Assembly (NCBI GenBank): GCA_031385345.1
Contig: JANNBI010000524.1
Coordinates: 1-40,785 of the forward strand
DNA: 40,785 nucleotides
Direction: 5' to 3'
Source: Paracoccaceae bacterium
GTDB lineage: Bacteria; Pseudomonadota; Alphaproteobacteria; Rhodobacterales; Rhodobacteraceae
The position numbers and the translations under genes are program-made. Under the pieces are notes generated by a model. It saw nothing but the letters and a program-made list of their open reading frames with translations. It did no database searches and was not told the DNA's origin. Below, piece after piece: positions 1-8,774 of this stretch. Every line of letters starts with the position of its first letter. Position 1 is the first letter of the stretch.

Positions 1-1134
1 GCCCGCCGCGTTGGACATATAGTAGAACCCGACATCGCGGGTCACGCGGTCCGCCGTGGAAAAGGCCAGGATCAGATAGGAATGCACGGCGGAATTGATC
101 GCAAAGACAAAGCCGAACAGCAGCAATCCCGCGACGATCGACAGGCTAAGCCAGGGGGCGGGGGCACCAGCCACCATGGCCAGTGCGGCCAGAACCAGCG
201 GGATCGGCACCAGCAGGGCCGCCCAGCGGATCGCGGCGGCGGTGATCGCGGCCTTTGGTTTGCCACGGGCGTTCAGCAGGCGGGGTGCGGCGGCCTGCAC
301 CGCGCCGTAGGCGATGATCCACAGCGCCAGAAAGCCGCCGATCAGAAAAAACGCCCAACGCCGCCCCTCGGGCGTGCCGTCCGACAGAACCATCTGAAAA
401 TAGATCGGCACGCCGACCACGAACCACACATCGCGCGCGCCAAACAGGAACAGACGCGCCAGCGACAGCCGGTTGATGCGCGGATCGGTGGACCGCCAGC
501 CGGTGAATGTGGCGCCTTTGTCTTTTGTGGGCAGGCCCGTCGGCATGAAGAGTGCCACGGCGACCAGAATTACGGCCAGCACCGCCGCCATCCCCCAGAT
601 CGCCGCCTGAAACCCCGCCAGCGCCAGCAGGGCCGCGCCCAGAAAGAACCCCAACCCCTTGACCGCGTTCTTCGATCCGGTCAGCACCGCGACCCAGCGG
701 AACAAACTGCCGTCGCCGGAAGGGGCCAGCGCCTTGACCGCCGATTTTGACGCCATTTTGGCGAGATCCTTGGCCACGCCCGACAGTCCCTGCACCGCCA
801 TGACATAGATGACGGACGCTGTGACTGACCAAGCCGGATCCAAGGCGGTCAGCGCCACCAACGCGCCGATCTGAATCAGCAGTCCGGCGTAAAGGGTTGA
901 GGTCAGGCCGAACCGCGCGGCAATCCAGCCTGCGGCCAGATTGGTGACGATGCCCGCCACCTCGTACAGCACGAACAGATAGGCGAGTTGCAGGGGAGAG
1001 AATCCCAGCGCGTTGAACTGCAACAACACCAGCATCCGCAGCGCGCCGTCCGACAGCATGAAGGCCCAATAGGCGGCGGTGACGGCACCGTAGGCGCGCA
1101 AGGGGCGGGAGGTTTGGGGGGGCAGGCTGGTCAC
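1..1134 (-). CDS. arsJ: ArsJ-like organoarsenical efflux MFS permease (3' end cut by window edge)
   Basis: Absent from the ORF track because it runs off the window. My translation of the minus strand from GTG 1134 gives (V)[76 protein letters not shown]...[18 protein letters not shown]...[18 protein letters not shown]... It is an uninterrupted multi-TM frame down to nt 1. The start overlaps the GAPDH stop (ATGATGTGA). The gapdh-arsJ pairing is the hallmark of this family. Confidence 0.8.
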   Translation of the reverse strand, partial: MTSLPPQTSRPLRAYGAVTAAYWAFMLSDGALRMLVLLQFNALGFSPLQLAYLFVLYEVAGIVTNLAAGWIAARFGLTSTLYAGLLIQIGALVALTALDPAWSVTASVIYVMAVQGLSGVAKDLAKMASKSAVKALAPSGDGSLFRWVAVLTGSKNAVKGLGFFLGAALLALAGFQAAIWGMAAVLAVILVAVALFMPTGLPTKDKGATFTGWRSTDPRINRLSLARLFLFGARDVWFVVGVPIYFQMVLSDGTPEGRRWAFFLIGGFLALWIIAYGAVQAAAPRLLNARGKPKAAITAAAIRWAALLVPIPLVLAALAMVAGAPAPWLSLSIVAGLLLFGFVFAINSAVHSYLILAFSTADRVTRDVGFYYMSNAAG

Positions 1135-2138
1135 ATCATCCCCGCGACCATGCGGGTGATGTCGGCCAGACGGCAGGCATAGCCCCATTCATTGTCATAC
1201 CAGGCAAAGATTTTAACCTGCGTGCCGTTCACCACCATCGTGCTGGGCGCGTCGATGATGCAGGACCGCGGGTCGTTGGTATAGTCGGACGACACCAACT
1301 CACGCTCCTCATACCCCAGGATACCGCGCAGGGGGCCATTTGCGGCGGCGGCGAACAGGGCGTTGACCTCGGCCACCGTCGTTGAACGCTCCACCTCGAA
1401 CACGCAATCGGTAAGGGAGGCGTTGAGCAAGGGTACGCGGATGGCGTGGCCGTTCAGGCGGCCGGCAAGTTCGGGGTAGATCAGGGTGATGGCCGTGGCT
1501 GATCCGGTGGTGGTGGGGATCAGGTTCATCAGCGCGGACCGGGCGCGGCGCATGTCCTTGGCGGGGCGGTCCGCGATGGTCTGGGTGTTGGTCACGTCGT
1601 GGATTGTCGTTATGGATCCGTGTCTTATGCCAAGACTTTCATGGATCACCTTGACGACCGGGGCCAGACAATTGGTGGTGCAACTTGCAGCGGTGATCAG
1701 GTTGTGCTGGGCGGGATCATAGAGGTGATGGTTGACGCCGTAGACGAGGTTCAGCGCGTCGTCCTTGACCGGGGCCGAGACGATGACCTTTGCCACCCCC
1801 GCCGCGAAATAGGGCGCGACCTTGGCCGTCGTCTTGAAAACGCCGGTGGCGTCGATCACCAGATCGACGCCGAAGGCGGTCAAAGGCAGATCCTCGATCC
1901 GCTTGGCGGCGGTCAGGGTCATGCGCTGACCTTCGATGGTCAGGCTGTCGGCATCGTGGCTGATGGCGCGGGGCCAGCGGCCATGGACCGAGTCAAACTC
2001 CAGCAACAAGGCATGTTGATCGGGGGTTCCGGCGGGATCGTTGATCAGAACGATCTGACCACCCGCCCCGGTGTCGATCAGGTCGCGCAGGGCAAGTTTG
2101 CCGATCCGGCCAAGACCGTTGAGGGCGATGCGGGGCAT
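1131..2138 (-). CDS. gap: Glyceraldehyde-3-phosphate dehydrogenase, ArsJ-associated type
   Basis: 335 aa. Rossmann N-terminus NGLGRIGK, catalytic SCTTNC, C-terminal WYDNEWGY. Lies between arsR-arsC and arsJ, with a 4-nt overlap onto arsJ. Confidence 0.9.
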   Translation of the reverse strand: MPRIALNGLGRIGKLALRDLIDTGAGGQIVLINDPAGTPDQHALLLEFDSVHGRWPRAISHDADSLTIEGQRMTLTAAKRIEDLPLTAFGVDLVIDATGVFKTTAKVAPYFAAGVAKVIVSAPVKDDALNLVYGVNHHLYDPAQHNLITAASCTTNCLAPVVKVIHESLGIRHGSITTIHDVTNTQTIADRPAKDMRRARSALMNLIPTTTGSATAITLIYPELAGRLNGHAIRVPLLNASLTDCVFEVERSTTVAEVNALFAAAANGPLRGILGYEERELVSSDYTNDPRSCIIDAPSTMVVNGTQVKIFAWYDNEWGYACRLADITRMVAGMM

Positions 2139-2162
2139 GGGGTTCCTTTCGGGGGGCTTTGG

Positions 2163-3002
2163 TCAGGTGGTCAAAGAGGTGGCGGGGTCGCCCAGATGAT
2201 CGACGCGCGATTGCAACGCGACACGGCTAAGGCCGTCAAAGGGCAGGGCGGCAAAGGCCAGAATGCGGCGGCGCAATTCGGCATAGGTCTGCGCAAAGGC
2301 GAGGGCCTTTTCCGCCTGAGTTCCCGTGGCCTTGACCGGGTCAACCAGCCCCCAATGGCCGGTTATGGGCTGACCTTGCCAAGGCGGGCATTCCTCGTTC
2401 GCGGCGAGGTCGCAGACGGTAAAGACGAAATCCATCACCGGGCCGTCGGGGGCTTCGAATTCCGACAGATGTTTGGCGCGCAGGTCATCGACGGCGTGGC
2501 CATTGCGGGCCAAGACCTCCAGCGCGAAGGGGTTGAGCTGGGTGTTGGGCTTCGTTCCAGCCGAAAAGGCGTGAAATTTCGCCGGGGCCAGATCGCGCAG
2601 CAGCGCCTCGGCAAAGATGGAGCGGGCGGAATTGCCGGAGCAGATGAACAGGACGTTGAAGCCTGACGGGGCAGCGGTCATGGCGGGATCCTTCTGGATT
2701 TGCGGCATCAGGTCGGGACGGCTGCGACCGATGTCGTGGACAAAATAGGCGGCAAGGGCGGCGGCGGCGGGTAGATCAACGCAATACAAGATCGCGCGCC
2801 CGTCGCGGCAGGACCGGATAAGGCCGGCGGTTTCCAGCAGGCCAAGATTGCTGGACAAGGTGTTGGGGCGCATGGCCAGCGCCGTCGCAATGTCACCCGC
2901 GCGCACGCCATGCGGCGCATGGCGCATCAGCAGGCGGAAGATGGCGAGGCGGCCATCATGCCCAAGGGCGGAAAAGGCGCGGAGGGCGGCTGTTGTTTCC
3001 AT
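2163..3002 (-). CDS. arsC: ArsR-family wHTH fused to LMW-PTP-type arsenate reductase ArsC
   Basis: Track ORF 2163..3104. I prefer ATG 3002 (METTAALRAF...) because the upstream extension starts at TTG in A/T-rich, non-coding-looking DNA. N-terminal half: GRLAIFRLLMRH...LSSNLGLLETAGLI (ArsR/SmtB HTH). C-terminal half: FNVLFICSGNSARS (CX5R P-loop) and TVCDLAANEEC (distal Cys pair). Confidence 0.85.
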   Translation of the reverse strand: METTAALRAFSALGHDGRLAIFRLLMRHAPHGVRAGDIATALAMRPNTLSSNLGLLETAGLIRSCRDGRAILYCVDLPAAAALAAYFVHDIGRSRPDLMPQIQKDPAMTAAPSGFNVLFICSGNSARSIFAEALLRDLAPAKFHAFSAGTKPNTQLNPFALEVLARNGHAVDDLRAKHLSEFEAPDGPVMDFVFTVCDLAANEECPPWQGQPITGHWGLVDPVKATGTQAEKALAFAQTYAELRRRILAFAALPFDGLSRVALQSRVDHLGDPATSLTT

Positions 3003-3020
3003 GATTCTAGAATAGTGGAA
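2997..3020. promoter_or_regulatory. 24-bp imperfect dyad TTCCAtgATTCTAGAATagTGGAA, candidate ArsR operator
   Basis: Read directly: 20 of 24 positions are symmetric and the inner 10 bp form a perfect palindrome. It overlaps the arsR-arsC start codon (3000-3002). Confidence 0.45.
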
Positions 3021-3079
3021 TTGAACGGAGGTGGCCAGTGAAGGTTTTGTGACAGGGGCCTGGGAGAGAGGATTTTGGT

Positions 3080-3156
3080 GGATATTTCCAATAGTCTGGA
3101 ACAAGGCTTGACCGGATCCTGCGTCCGGGTAGGATATTTCTATGGATATAGAAATA
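3080..3156. promoter_or_regulatory. Cluster of dyads and direct repeats upstream of and overlapping the second arsR start
   Basis: TTCCA-N6-TGGAA at 3086-3101. TATTTCTAT-N4-ATAGAAATA at 3135-3156, spanning ATG 3142. Direct repeat GGATATTTC at 3080-3088 and 3132-3140, 52 bp apart. Confidence 0.45.
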
Positions 3157-3441
3157 GCGGCGCATCAGTTGGACTCACTGGGCAATCCGACGCGGCTGCA
3201 AATCTTTCGTCTGCTGGTGCGGGCGGGTCGTACCGGGCTGCCCGTAGGCGGGTTGCAGGCGCGGATGGGGATGGCGGCGTCAACCCTGTCGCATCATCTG
3301 AAACGGTTGATCGCGGCGGGGCTGGTCACGCAGGAACGCAGCGCCACGACGCTGGTTTGCCGCGCCGCCTATCCCGAAATCGCGGCGCTGGTGGGGTACT
3401 TGCAGGCGGAATGCTGTGCCGATGCGCCGCGCGATGTTTGA
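3142..3441 (+). CDS. arsR: ArsR/SmtB-family transcriptional regulator (stand-alone)
   Basis: 99 aa. LGNPTRLQIFRLLV...STLSHHLKRLIAAGLV is a wHTH. Vicinal Cys pair near the C-terminus (LQAECCAD) plus Cys in LVCRAA. Confidence 0.85.
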   Translation: MDIEIAAHQLDSLGNPTRLQIFRLLVRAGRTGLPVGGLQARMGMAASTLSHHLKRLIAAGLVTQERSATTLVCRAAYPEIAALVGYLQAECCADAPRDV

Positions 3442-3453
3442 CGGCAGGGGCGC

Positions 3454-4647
3454 GTGTCCCGACCCGTTTTTGCGATGCAGGTCAGGGACATGACCCGATT
3501 GGATCTGCGCGGGCAGGGGGTGGTTTCGGCGCTGGGAATCGTGCAGATCTTTGCCTGGGGGTCGACCTATTACCTGCTGGCGGTGCTGGCAGAGCCGATC
3601 CTGCGCGACACCGGCTGGGCGCGGCTGGGGGTGATGGGGGGGCTGTCGCTGGGGCTGCTGGTGGCGGGACTGGCGGCGATGCGGATCGGGCGGCTGATCC
3701 AGCGCCACGGGGGGCGCTGGGTGATGGGTGGGGCGATGGCGCTGCTGGCGCTGGGGTTGGCGATCTTGGCCGTCGCGCCCAATCTTGCGGTTTATGGGCT
3801 GGGCTGGGCGGTTCTGGGGCTGGGCATGGGGGCGGGGTTGTATGACGCGGCGTTTTCCACGCTGGGGCGGATCAAGGGCGCGCAGGCCCGTCGCGCCATC
3901 AGTCAATTGACGCTGTGGGGCGGTTTTGCCAGCACGGTGTGTTGGCCGATTTCGGCTGTGCTGGTCGAGGCTTTGGGCTGGCGCGGCACCTGTTTGGTCT
4001 ATGCGGCGCTGCATCTGAGCGTGACGCTGCCGCTGTGCCTGATCGGGATTCCACGATTGCCTGCGGAAGAGGTGGCGGCGGCGTCGGAAGCGGTGCTGAC
4101 CCCTCTTGGGCGGCGGTTCTGGATATTGGCAACGGCGGGCACGGCTATCAGCCTGCTGGTGACGATCCTGTCGGTGCATCTTTTGGCGCTGTTGCAGGCG
4201 CAGGGGCTGAGTTTGGCGGCGGCGGTGGCGATGGGCGCGGTGATCGGGCCGTCGCAGGTCGGCGCGCGGCTATTCGAGATGGTCCTTGGCAGCAGGGCGC
4301 ATCCGGTCTGGACCATGCTGGCCGCGACGGGGCTGATGGCGGTCGGGGTGGCGGGGCTGACCACGGCGCTGCCGGTGGCGGCGTTGCTGGTGGCTTATGG
4401 GGCGGGCAATGGCATCTGGTCGATCGCGCGCGGGGCGCTGCCGCTGGTGCTGTTCGCGCCCGACAACTATGCCGTGATCATGGGGCGGCTGGCGATGCCA
4501 GCGCTGCTGGCGGCGGCTTTGGCCCCGGTTCTGGGGGCGGCGATGATCGATCGGCTGGGGGCAGGGGCGAGTTTGCAGATCCTTGCGGCGCTGGCGCTGG
4601 TGCCGGTTGGGGCGGCGGTTATGCTGTGGCGGGACATGCGGGGTTGA
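3454..4647 (+). CDS. MFS transporter, substrate unknown (candidate metalloid efflux by context)
   Basis: 397 aa with about 12 hydrophobic segments. GTG start 12 nt after the arsR stop; ATG 3475 is an alternative start. Confidence 0.8.
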   Translation: MSRPVFAMQVRDMTRLDLRGQGVVSALGIVQIFAWGSTYYLLAVLAEPILRDTGWARLGVMGGLSLGLLVAGLAAMRIGRLIQRHGGRWVMGGAMALLALGLAILAVAPNLAVYGLGWAVLGLGMGAGLYDAAFSTLGRIKGAQARRAISQLTLWGGFASTVCWPISAVLVEALGWRGTCLVYAALHLSVTLPLCLIGIPRLPAEEVAAASEAVLTPLGRRFWILATAGTAISLLVTILSVHLLALLQAQGLSLAAAVAMGAVIGPSQVGARLFEMVLGSRAHPVWTMLAATGLMAVGVAGLTTALPVAALLVAYGAGNGIWSIARGALPLVLFAPDNYAVIMGRLAMPALLAAALAPVLGAAMIDRLGAGASLQILAALALVPVGAAVMLWRDMRG

Positions 4648-4769
4648 GGGTCAGCCGCGCAGGTGCCTTTCGGCCAGAATTGGGGAATGATCGCTGGGAC
4701 GGAGGTCACGGAACCTTTGGCGCGGGTCCGGGGCGCGGGGCGATGGCAATTTGCCATGACTGGCGGCGT

Positions 4770-5228
4770 TCACTCGTCCTGAAACCCGGTCGGGATGCGG
4801 CGGCTGTGGTCTGGGGGCAGCCCAGCCTCGGCCAGCAAATCCCCGGCCATGGCATCGGCATTGACCCCGGCCTGCGACACTTGACGCCAGATCTCGCGCA
4901 CGGCGGGGGCAAGGCGCGGCTCGGTCACGGCGCGGGCGGTGTGCAGCCAGATCGCCAGCCCGTCGCTGCTGTCATAGGCGCGCTGTTTGCGCAGAGCGGC
5001 GATCTTGGTCTGGGTGGCGTTGGTAAAGCGGGTCAGGGCGGCGGGTTTCCACTGCGCCAGATCGTACAGATCCAACCCTTCTGCGCGGTAGGACACCGCC
5101 CAGAACTGCGCAGTGGCGGCATGGCTGTCTAGGATATGGCGCTTGGCCGAGGCCAGTTTGTCGGCCATGGCCTGCGCCGCGTCGATCAGGGCCAGCTTGG
5201 CCTTTTCATCCTGCCAGTTGCTGAACAT
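4770..5228 (-). CDS. Hypothetical protein, 152 aa
   Basis: Track ORF 4770..5369 overlaps the guaD 3' end. Internal ATG 5228 (MFSNWQDEKAKL...) is preceded by GGGGGGAA and avoids the overlap. No motif recognised. Confidence 0.55.
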   Translation of the reverse strand: MFSNWQDEKAKLALIDAAQAMADKLASAKRHILDSHAATAQFWAVSYRAEGLDLYDLAQWKPAALTRFTNATQTKIAALRKQRAYDSSDGLAIWLHTARAVTEPRLAPAVREIWRQVSQAGVNADAMAGDLLAEAGLPPDHSRRIPTGFQDE

Positions 5229-5298
5229 CGCGTTCCCCCCTGTCGCCGTTATGGCGGGGAATGGGGTCAAGGAAAACAGGCATTTGCCCGGCGGGGGA

Positions 5299-6603
5299 TC
5301 AGCTTGCGTGAAGCGGCCCCTGATGCACCGGTTTTCCGGCCACCCAGACCGAATGAACGGCGCGGTCATCGCCCAGCATGATGGTCGGAAACAGGGCCTG
5401 CCATAGATCGGCGGCGCGGGTGACGGCCTGCGCGATGGCGGGGGTGGAATGCAGGTCGATCACCACAAGATCGGCCTCCAGCCCCGGGGCGATATTGCCG
5501 ATCTGGGTGTCGGCATGCAGGGCGCGGGCCGAGCCGACGGTGGCCAGCCACCACAGTTGCGCGGGGTGCAGGGCATGACCGCGCAGTTGTGCCACCTCAT
5601 ACGCCGCAGCCATGGTGCGCAGCATCGAAAATGACGACCCGCCGCCGGTGTCCGTGGCCAGACCCACCCGCTGACCGGCAGAGGTCAGCCCGGCCATGTC
5701 AAACAACCCCGAGCCGATGAAGGTGTTGGAGGTCGGGCAATGGATCAGGGACGCATCCACCTCGGCCAGACGGGATTTTTCGCGGTCTTGCAACCAGATG
5801 GAATGGCCATAAAGCCCGCCTTTGCCCAGAAGGCCATGCGCCTCATATGTGTCCAGATAGTCGCGGGCATCGGGGTACAGGGATTTGACCCAAGCGATTT
5901 CATCCAGCTGTTCGGACAGGTGGGTTTGCATCAGACAGCCGGGATTTTGCGCCCAAAGCGCGCCAAGGGCCGACAGCTGATCCGGGCTGGAGGTTGGGGT
6001 AAACCGCGGCGTGATCACGTAGGACGCCCGGCCCGTGCCGTGCCATTTGGCAAGCAATTCCGCAGATTGGTCATAGGCGGTCTGGGCAGTGTCGCGCAGC
6101 CCGTCCGGTGCGTTGCGGTCCATGCAGGTCTTGCCCGCCCAGACCCGTTGATTGCGCGCGGCGGCGGCGTTGAAAAACGCATCCACGCTGGCGGGATGGA
6201 TCGTGGCATAGCTGCAAACCGAGGTTGTGCCGTTCGACAGGGTCAGGTCGAAATAGCGCGCGGCGACGGTCTGGGCATAGGCGGGATCGGCAAAACGCAT
6301 CTCTTCGGGGAAGGTGTAGAGGTTCAGCCAGTCGATCAGCCGCTTGCCCCAAGACGCGATGATCGCGGTTTGCGGGTAATGTGCATGGGCGTCGATGAAT
6401 CCTGCGGAAATCAGGTGCTGGCCATAGTCGGTGACGCGCGCGCGAGGATGGGCGCGGCGCAGATCGGCCCCGTCCCCCACCGCGACGATGCGGCCCTGAT
6501 CCACCAGCACGCCGCCCCGCGACAGATGCCGCGCCGCTTCCGGACCTTCAGCAAAGGGATCGGCAGCAAAGGACAGAACCTGTCCCAACAGTAGATCGGC
6601 CAT
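5299..6603 (-). CDS. guaD: Guanine deaminase
   Basis: 434 aa amidohydrolase. Motifs: GFIDAHAHYPQ metal site, MQTHLSE, HCPTSN. Confidence 0.9.
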   Translation of the reverse strand: MADLLLGQVLSFAADPFAEGPEAARHLSRGGVLVDQGRIVAVGDGADLRRAHPRARVTDYGQHLISAGFIDAHAHYPQTAIIASWGKRLIDWLNLYTFPEEMRFADPAYAQTVAARYFDLTLSNGTTSVCSYATIHPASVDAFFNAAAARNQRVWAGKTCMDRNAPDGLRDTAQTAYDQSAELLAKWHGTGRASYVITPRFTPTSSPDQLSALGALWAQNPGCLMQTHLSEQLDEIAWVKSLYPDARDYLDTYEAHGLLGKGGLYGHSIWLQDREKSRLAEVDASLIHCPTSNTFIGSGLFDMAGLTSAGQRVGLATDTGGGSSFSMLRTMAAAYEVAQLRGHALHPAQLWWLATVGSARALHADTQIGNIAPGLEADLVVIDLHSTPAIAQAVTRAADLWQALFPTIMLGDDRAVHSVWVAGKPVHQGPLHAS

Positions 6604-6673
6604 TCAACACTCCACTTCGCTTTGGTCACTAGACTAAAGCTTTCTGACTTTCTGGTAAATTTCCGACTTCCCC

Positions 6674-6715
6674 CTGTTTCCTTGAAACAGCTTTCGCTAA
6701 GGATGGACAATCCTT
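6674..6715 (+). promoter_or_regulatory. Two small hairpins in the mgtE leader
   Basis: CTGTTTC-ctt-GAAACAG (6674-6690) and AAGGAT-ggaca-ATCCTT (6699-6715). The second ends directly at the GGGGG Shine-Dalgarno (6716-6720). The leader is visibly A/T-rich. Confidence 0.3.
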
Positions 6716-6726
6716 GGGGGTGTCCG

Positions 6727-8097
6727 ATGGCCGATGATCTGTTTCAGATGGACGAAGAGGAGCTGGACGCACCCCGCGTCGCCGCCATTCTGGAGGCGAT
6801 TTCCGCGCAGGATGCGGCGCGGATCAGTGAATTGCTGGAACCGCTGCACGCCGCTGACATTGCCGACGTGCTGGAACAGATCAGCTCTGCCGAGCGGGGG
6901 GCGTTGTTGCGCCTGTGGTCCGGCGAGATCGACGGCGAAATCCTGTCCGAAATCGACGAGGCGATCCGCGAAGAGGTGATCGACGCGCTGCCCGATTCCG
7001 TGGTGGCCGAAGCCATGCGCGAGTTGGACACCGATGACGTGGTGGACATTCTGGAGGATCTGGACGCCGAGGGGCAGGGCAAGATCCTGAACGCGCTGGA
7101 AATGATCGACCGTCTGGCGGTTGAACAGGCGATGTCGCTGCCCGAAGATTCCGCCGGCCGTCTGATGCAGCGCGAGGTGGTGGTGGCCCCCGAACATTGG
7201 ACCGTGGGCGAGGCCATCGACTTTCTGCGCGAGGCGCAGACCCTGCCGGACCAGTTTTATCATGTCATCCTGATCGACCCGCGGATGAAACCCGTGGGCT
7301 ATGTCACGCTGGGCCGGGTTCTGTCGGCGCGGCGCGATGTGCCGTTGCGCGACCTTGCCGAGGACAGTTTCCGCACGGTTGAGGCGACCGATCCGCAGGG
7401 CGATGTTGCCTATATGTTCAACCAGTACCACCTGATTTCCTGTCCGGTGGTCGATGGGGCGGGGCGGTTGGTTGGGGTGATCACCATCGACGACGCGATG
7501 AACGTACTGGACGAGGAACATGAAGAGGACATGCTGCTGCTGGCCGGGGTGGGCGAAGAAGCCTCGATCTCGGACGGGGCATGGGAGACGGCCAAGCAGC
7601 GCCTGCCCTGGCTGGTGATCAACCTGTTTACCGCCAGCCTGTCGGCGCTGGTGATCACCCAGTTTGAAGCGACCATCGTGGCGGTTGTCGCCTTGGCGGC
7701 GCTGATGCCCATCGTCGCCTCGACCGGGGGGATCGCGGGGACACAATCGCTGACCGTGGCGGTTCGCGCCTTGGCGACGCGGGATCTGACGCAGGCCAAT
7801 GCGCGGCGCGTGGTGCGGCGTGAATTGGGGGCGGGGGTGTTGAACGGGCTGGGGCTGGCGCTGATCCTGGGTTGCGCGGGCGGGCTGATGTTCTGGGATG
7901 CGCGGCTGGGTCTGGTGCTGGGCATCGCGATGATCGTCAATCAGGTGGTGGCGGCATTGGGCGGGGTGCTGGTGCCCCTGACGTTGGAGAGGTTCGGGCT
8001 GGACCCGGCCTTGGCCAGCGGCACCTTTGTGACCACGCTGACCGATGTGATGGGGTTCTTTGCCTTTCTGGGGTTGGCGTCGGTGATGCTGGTATGA
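6727..8097 (+). CDS. mgtE: Magnesium transporter MgtE
   Basis: Track ORF 6622..8097. ATG 6727 (MADDLFQMDEE...) follows GGGGG. Acidic N-domain, CBS pair (ISCPVVDGAGRLVGVITIDDAMNVLDEE) and C-terminal TM domain. Confidence 0.9.
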   Translation: MADDLFQMDEEELDAPRVAAILEAISAQDAARISELLEPLHAADIADVLEQISSAERGALLRLWSGEIDGEILSEIDEAIREEVIDALPDSVVAEAMRELDTDDVVDILEDLDAEGQGKILNALEMIDRLAVEQAMSLPEDSAGRLMQREVVVAPEHWTVGEAIDFLREAQTLPDQFYHVILIDPRMKPVGYVTLGRVLSARRDVPLRDLAEDSFRTVEATDPQGDVAYMFNQYHLISCPVVDGAGRLVGVITIDDAMNVLDEEHEEDMLLLAGVGEEASISDGAWETAKQRLPWLVINLFTASLSALVITQFEATIVAVVALAALMPIVASTGGIAGTQSLTVAVRALATRDLTQANARRVVRRELGAGVLNGLGLALILGCAGGLMFWDARLGLVLGIAMIVNQVVAALGGVLVPLTLERFGLDPALASGTFVTTLTDVMGFFAFLGLASVMLV

Positions 8098-8645
8098 ACG
8101 ATCTGGCCGCCGTCAAAGCCGAAGCGCGCAAGGCGGCTTTTGCGGCGCGCAAAGTGGCCTTCGCGCGCGGTCAGGGGCAGGCGGCGGAGTTGCTGGCCGA
8201 TTATCTGGGCCGGTTTGGTGGCAAGCCCCTGTCCGGCTATATGCCGATGCGCACCGAGATTGACCCGCTGGCCGCCATGACTGCGCATCTGGGGCCGGTC
8301 TGTGTGCCGGTGATCATCGGCAAGGGCCTGCCCTTGAAATTCCGGCAATGGAGCCCGGAGGCGGCAATGGTGCCGGGGGAATTTGGCGCGCTGATCCCAG
8401 CCGAGGGGCTTTGGAACGACCCCGAGGTGCTGATCGTGCCGCTGCTGGCCTTTGACGCGCGCGGTTATCGGCTGGGCTATGGTGGCGGGTTTTATGACCG
8501 CACGCTGGAGGGGCTGCGGGCCAAGCGTCCAACCTTTGCCGTGGGCTTCGCCTTTGGCGCGCAAGAGGTGGACGAGGTGCCGACAGAGCCGACCGATCAG
8601 CGGTTGGACGCGGTGGTGACCGAGGTGGGGCTGCGGGAGTTTTAG
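8094..8645 (+). CDS. 5-formyltetrahydrofolate cyclo-ligase
   Basis: In frame with track ORF 7872..8645. ATG 8094 overlaps the mgtE stop (ATGA). Contains the GYRLGYGGGFYDRT motif. Confidence 0.85.
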   Translation: MNDLAAVKAEARKAAFAARKVAFARGQGQAAELLADYLGRFGGKPLSGYMPMRTEIDPLAAMTAHLGPVCVPVIIGKGLPLKFRQWSPEAAMVPGEFGALIPAEGLWNDPEVLIVPLLAFDARGYRLGYGGGFYDRTLEGLRAKRPTFAVGFAFGAQEVDEVPTEPTDQRLDAVVTEVGLREF

Positions 8646-8695
8646 GGGGGCTTGCCCCCCACCCCGATCCCCTCCCCTCGAAAAGGGAGGGGAGG
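8645..8695. terminator. Two GC-rich hairpins between convergent genes
   Basis: GGGGGGC-tt-GCCCCCC (8645-8660) and CCTCCCCTC-N7-GAGGGGAGG (8671-8695). There is no clear U-tract. Confidence 0.4.
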
Positions 8696-8774
8696 TGCCT
8701 TTGCGGGCAATCAGGTGCGGCCCAATTCGATTGAGATCAAATTTGGCAAGACAGCGGATTTTCCGCCGTCCCCG

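Noticed and set aside
82-1069. Track ORFs 82..750 (+) and 146..1069 (-)
   Set aside because: Both are Arg/Gly/Pro-rich frames lying over the arsJ reading frame. Only the untracked minus frame gives a coherent multi-TM MFS sequence.
4743-4757. Perfect palindrome ATGGCAA-T-TTGCCAT between convergent genes
   Set aside because: A 1-nt loop cannot form a terminator hairpin, there is no U-tract, and no adjacent promoter exists for it to regulate. It could be a chance dyad or a protein site, and nothing in the sequence supports a call.
6604-6726. M-box (ykoK) Mg2+ riboswitch upstream of mgtE
   Set aside because: The leader is only about 120 nt, and I could not recognise the conserved M-box helices or loops. 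I report it only as an unclassified structured leader.
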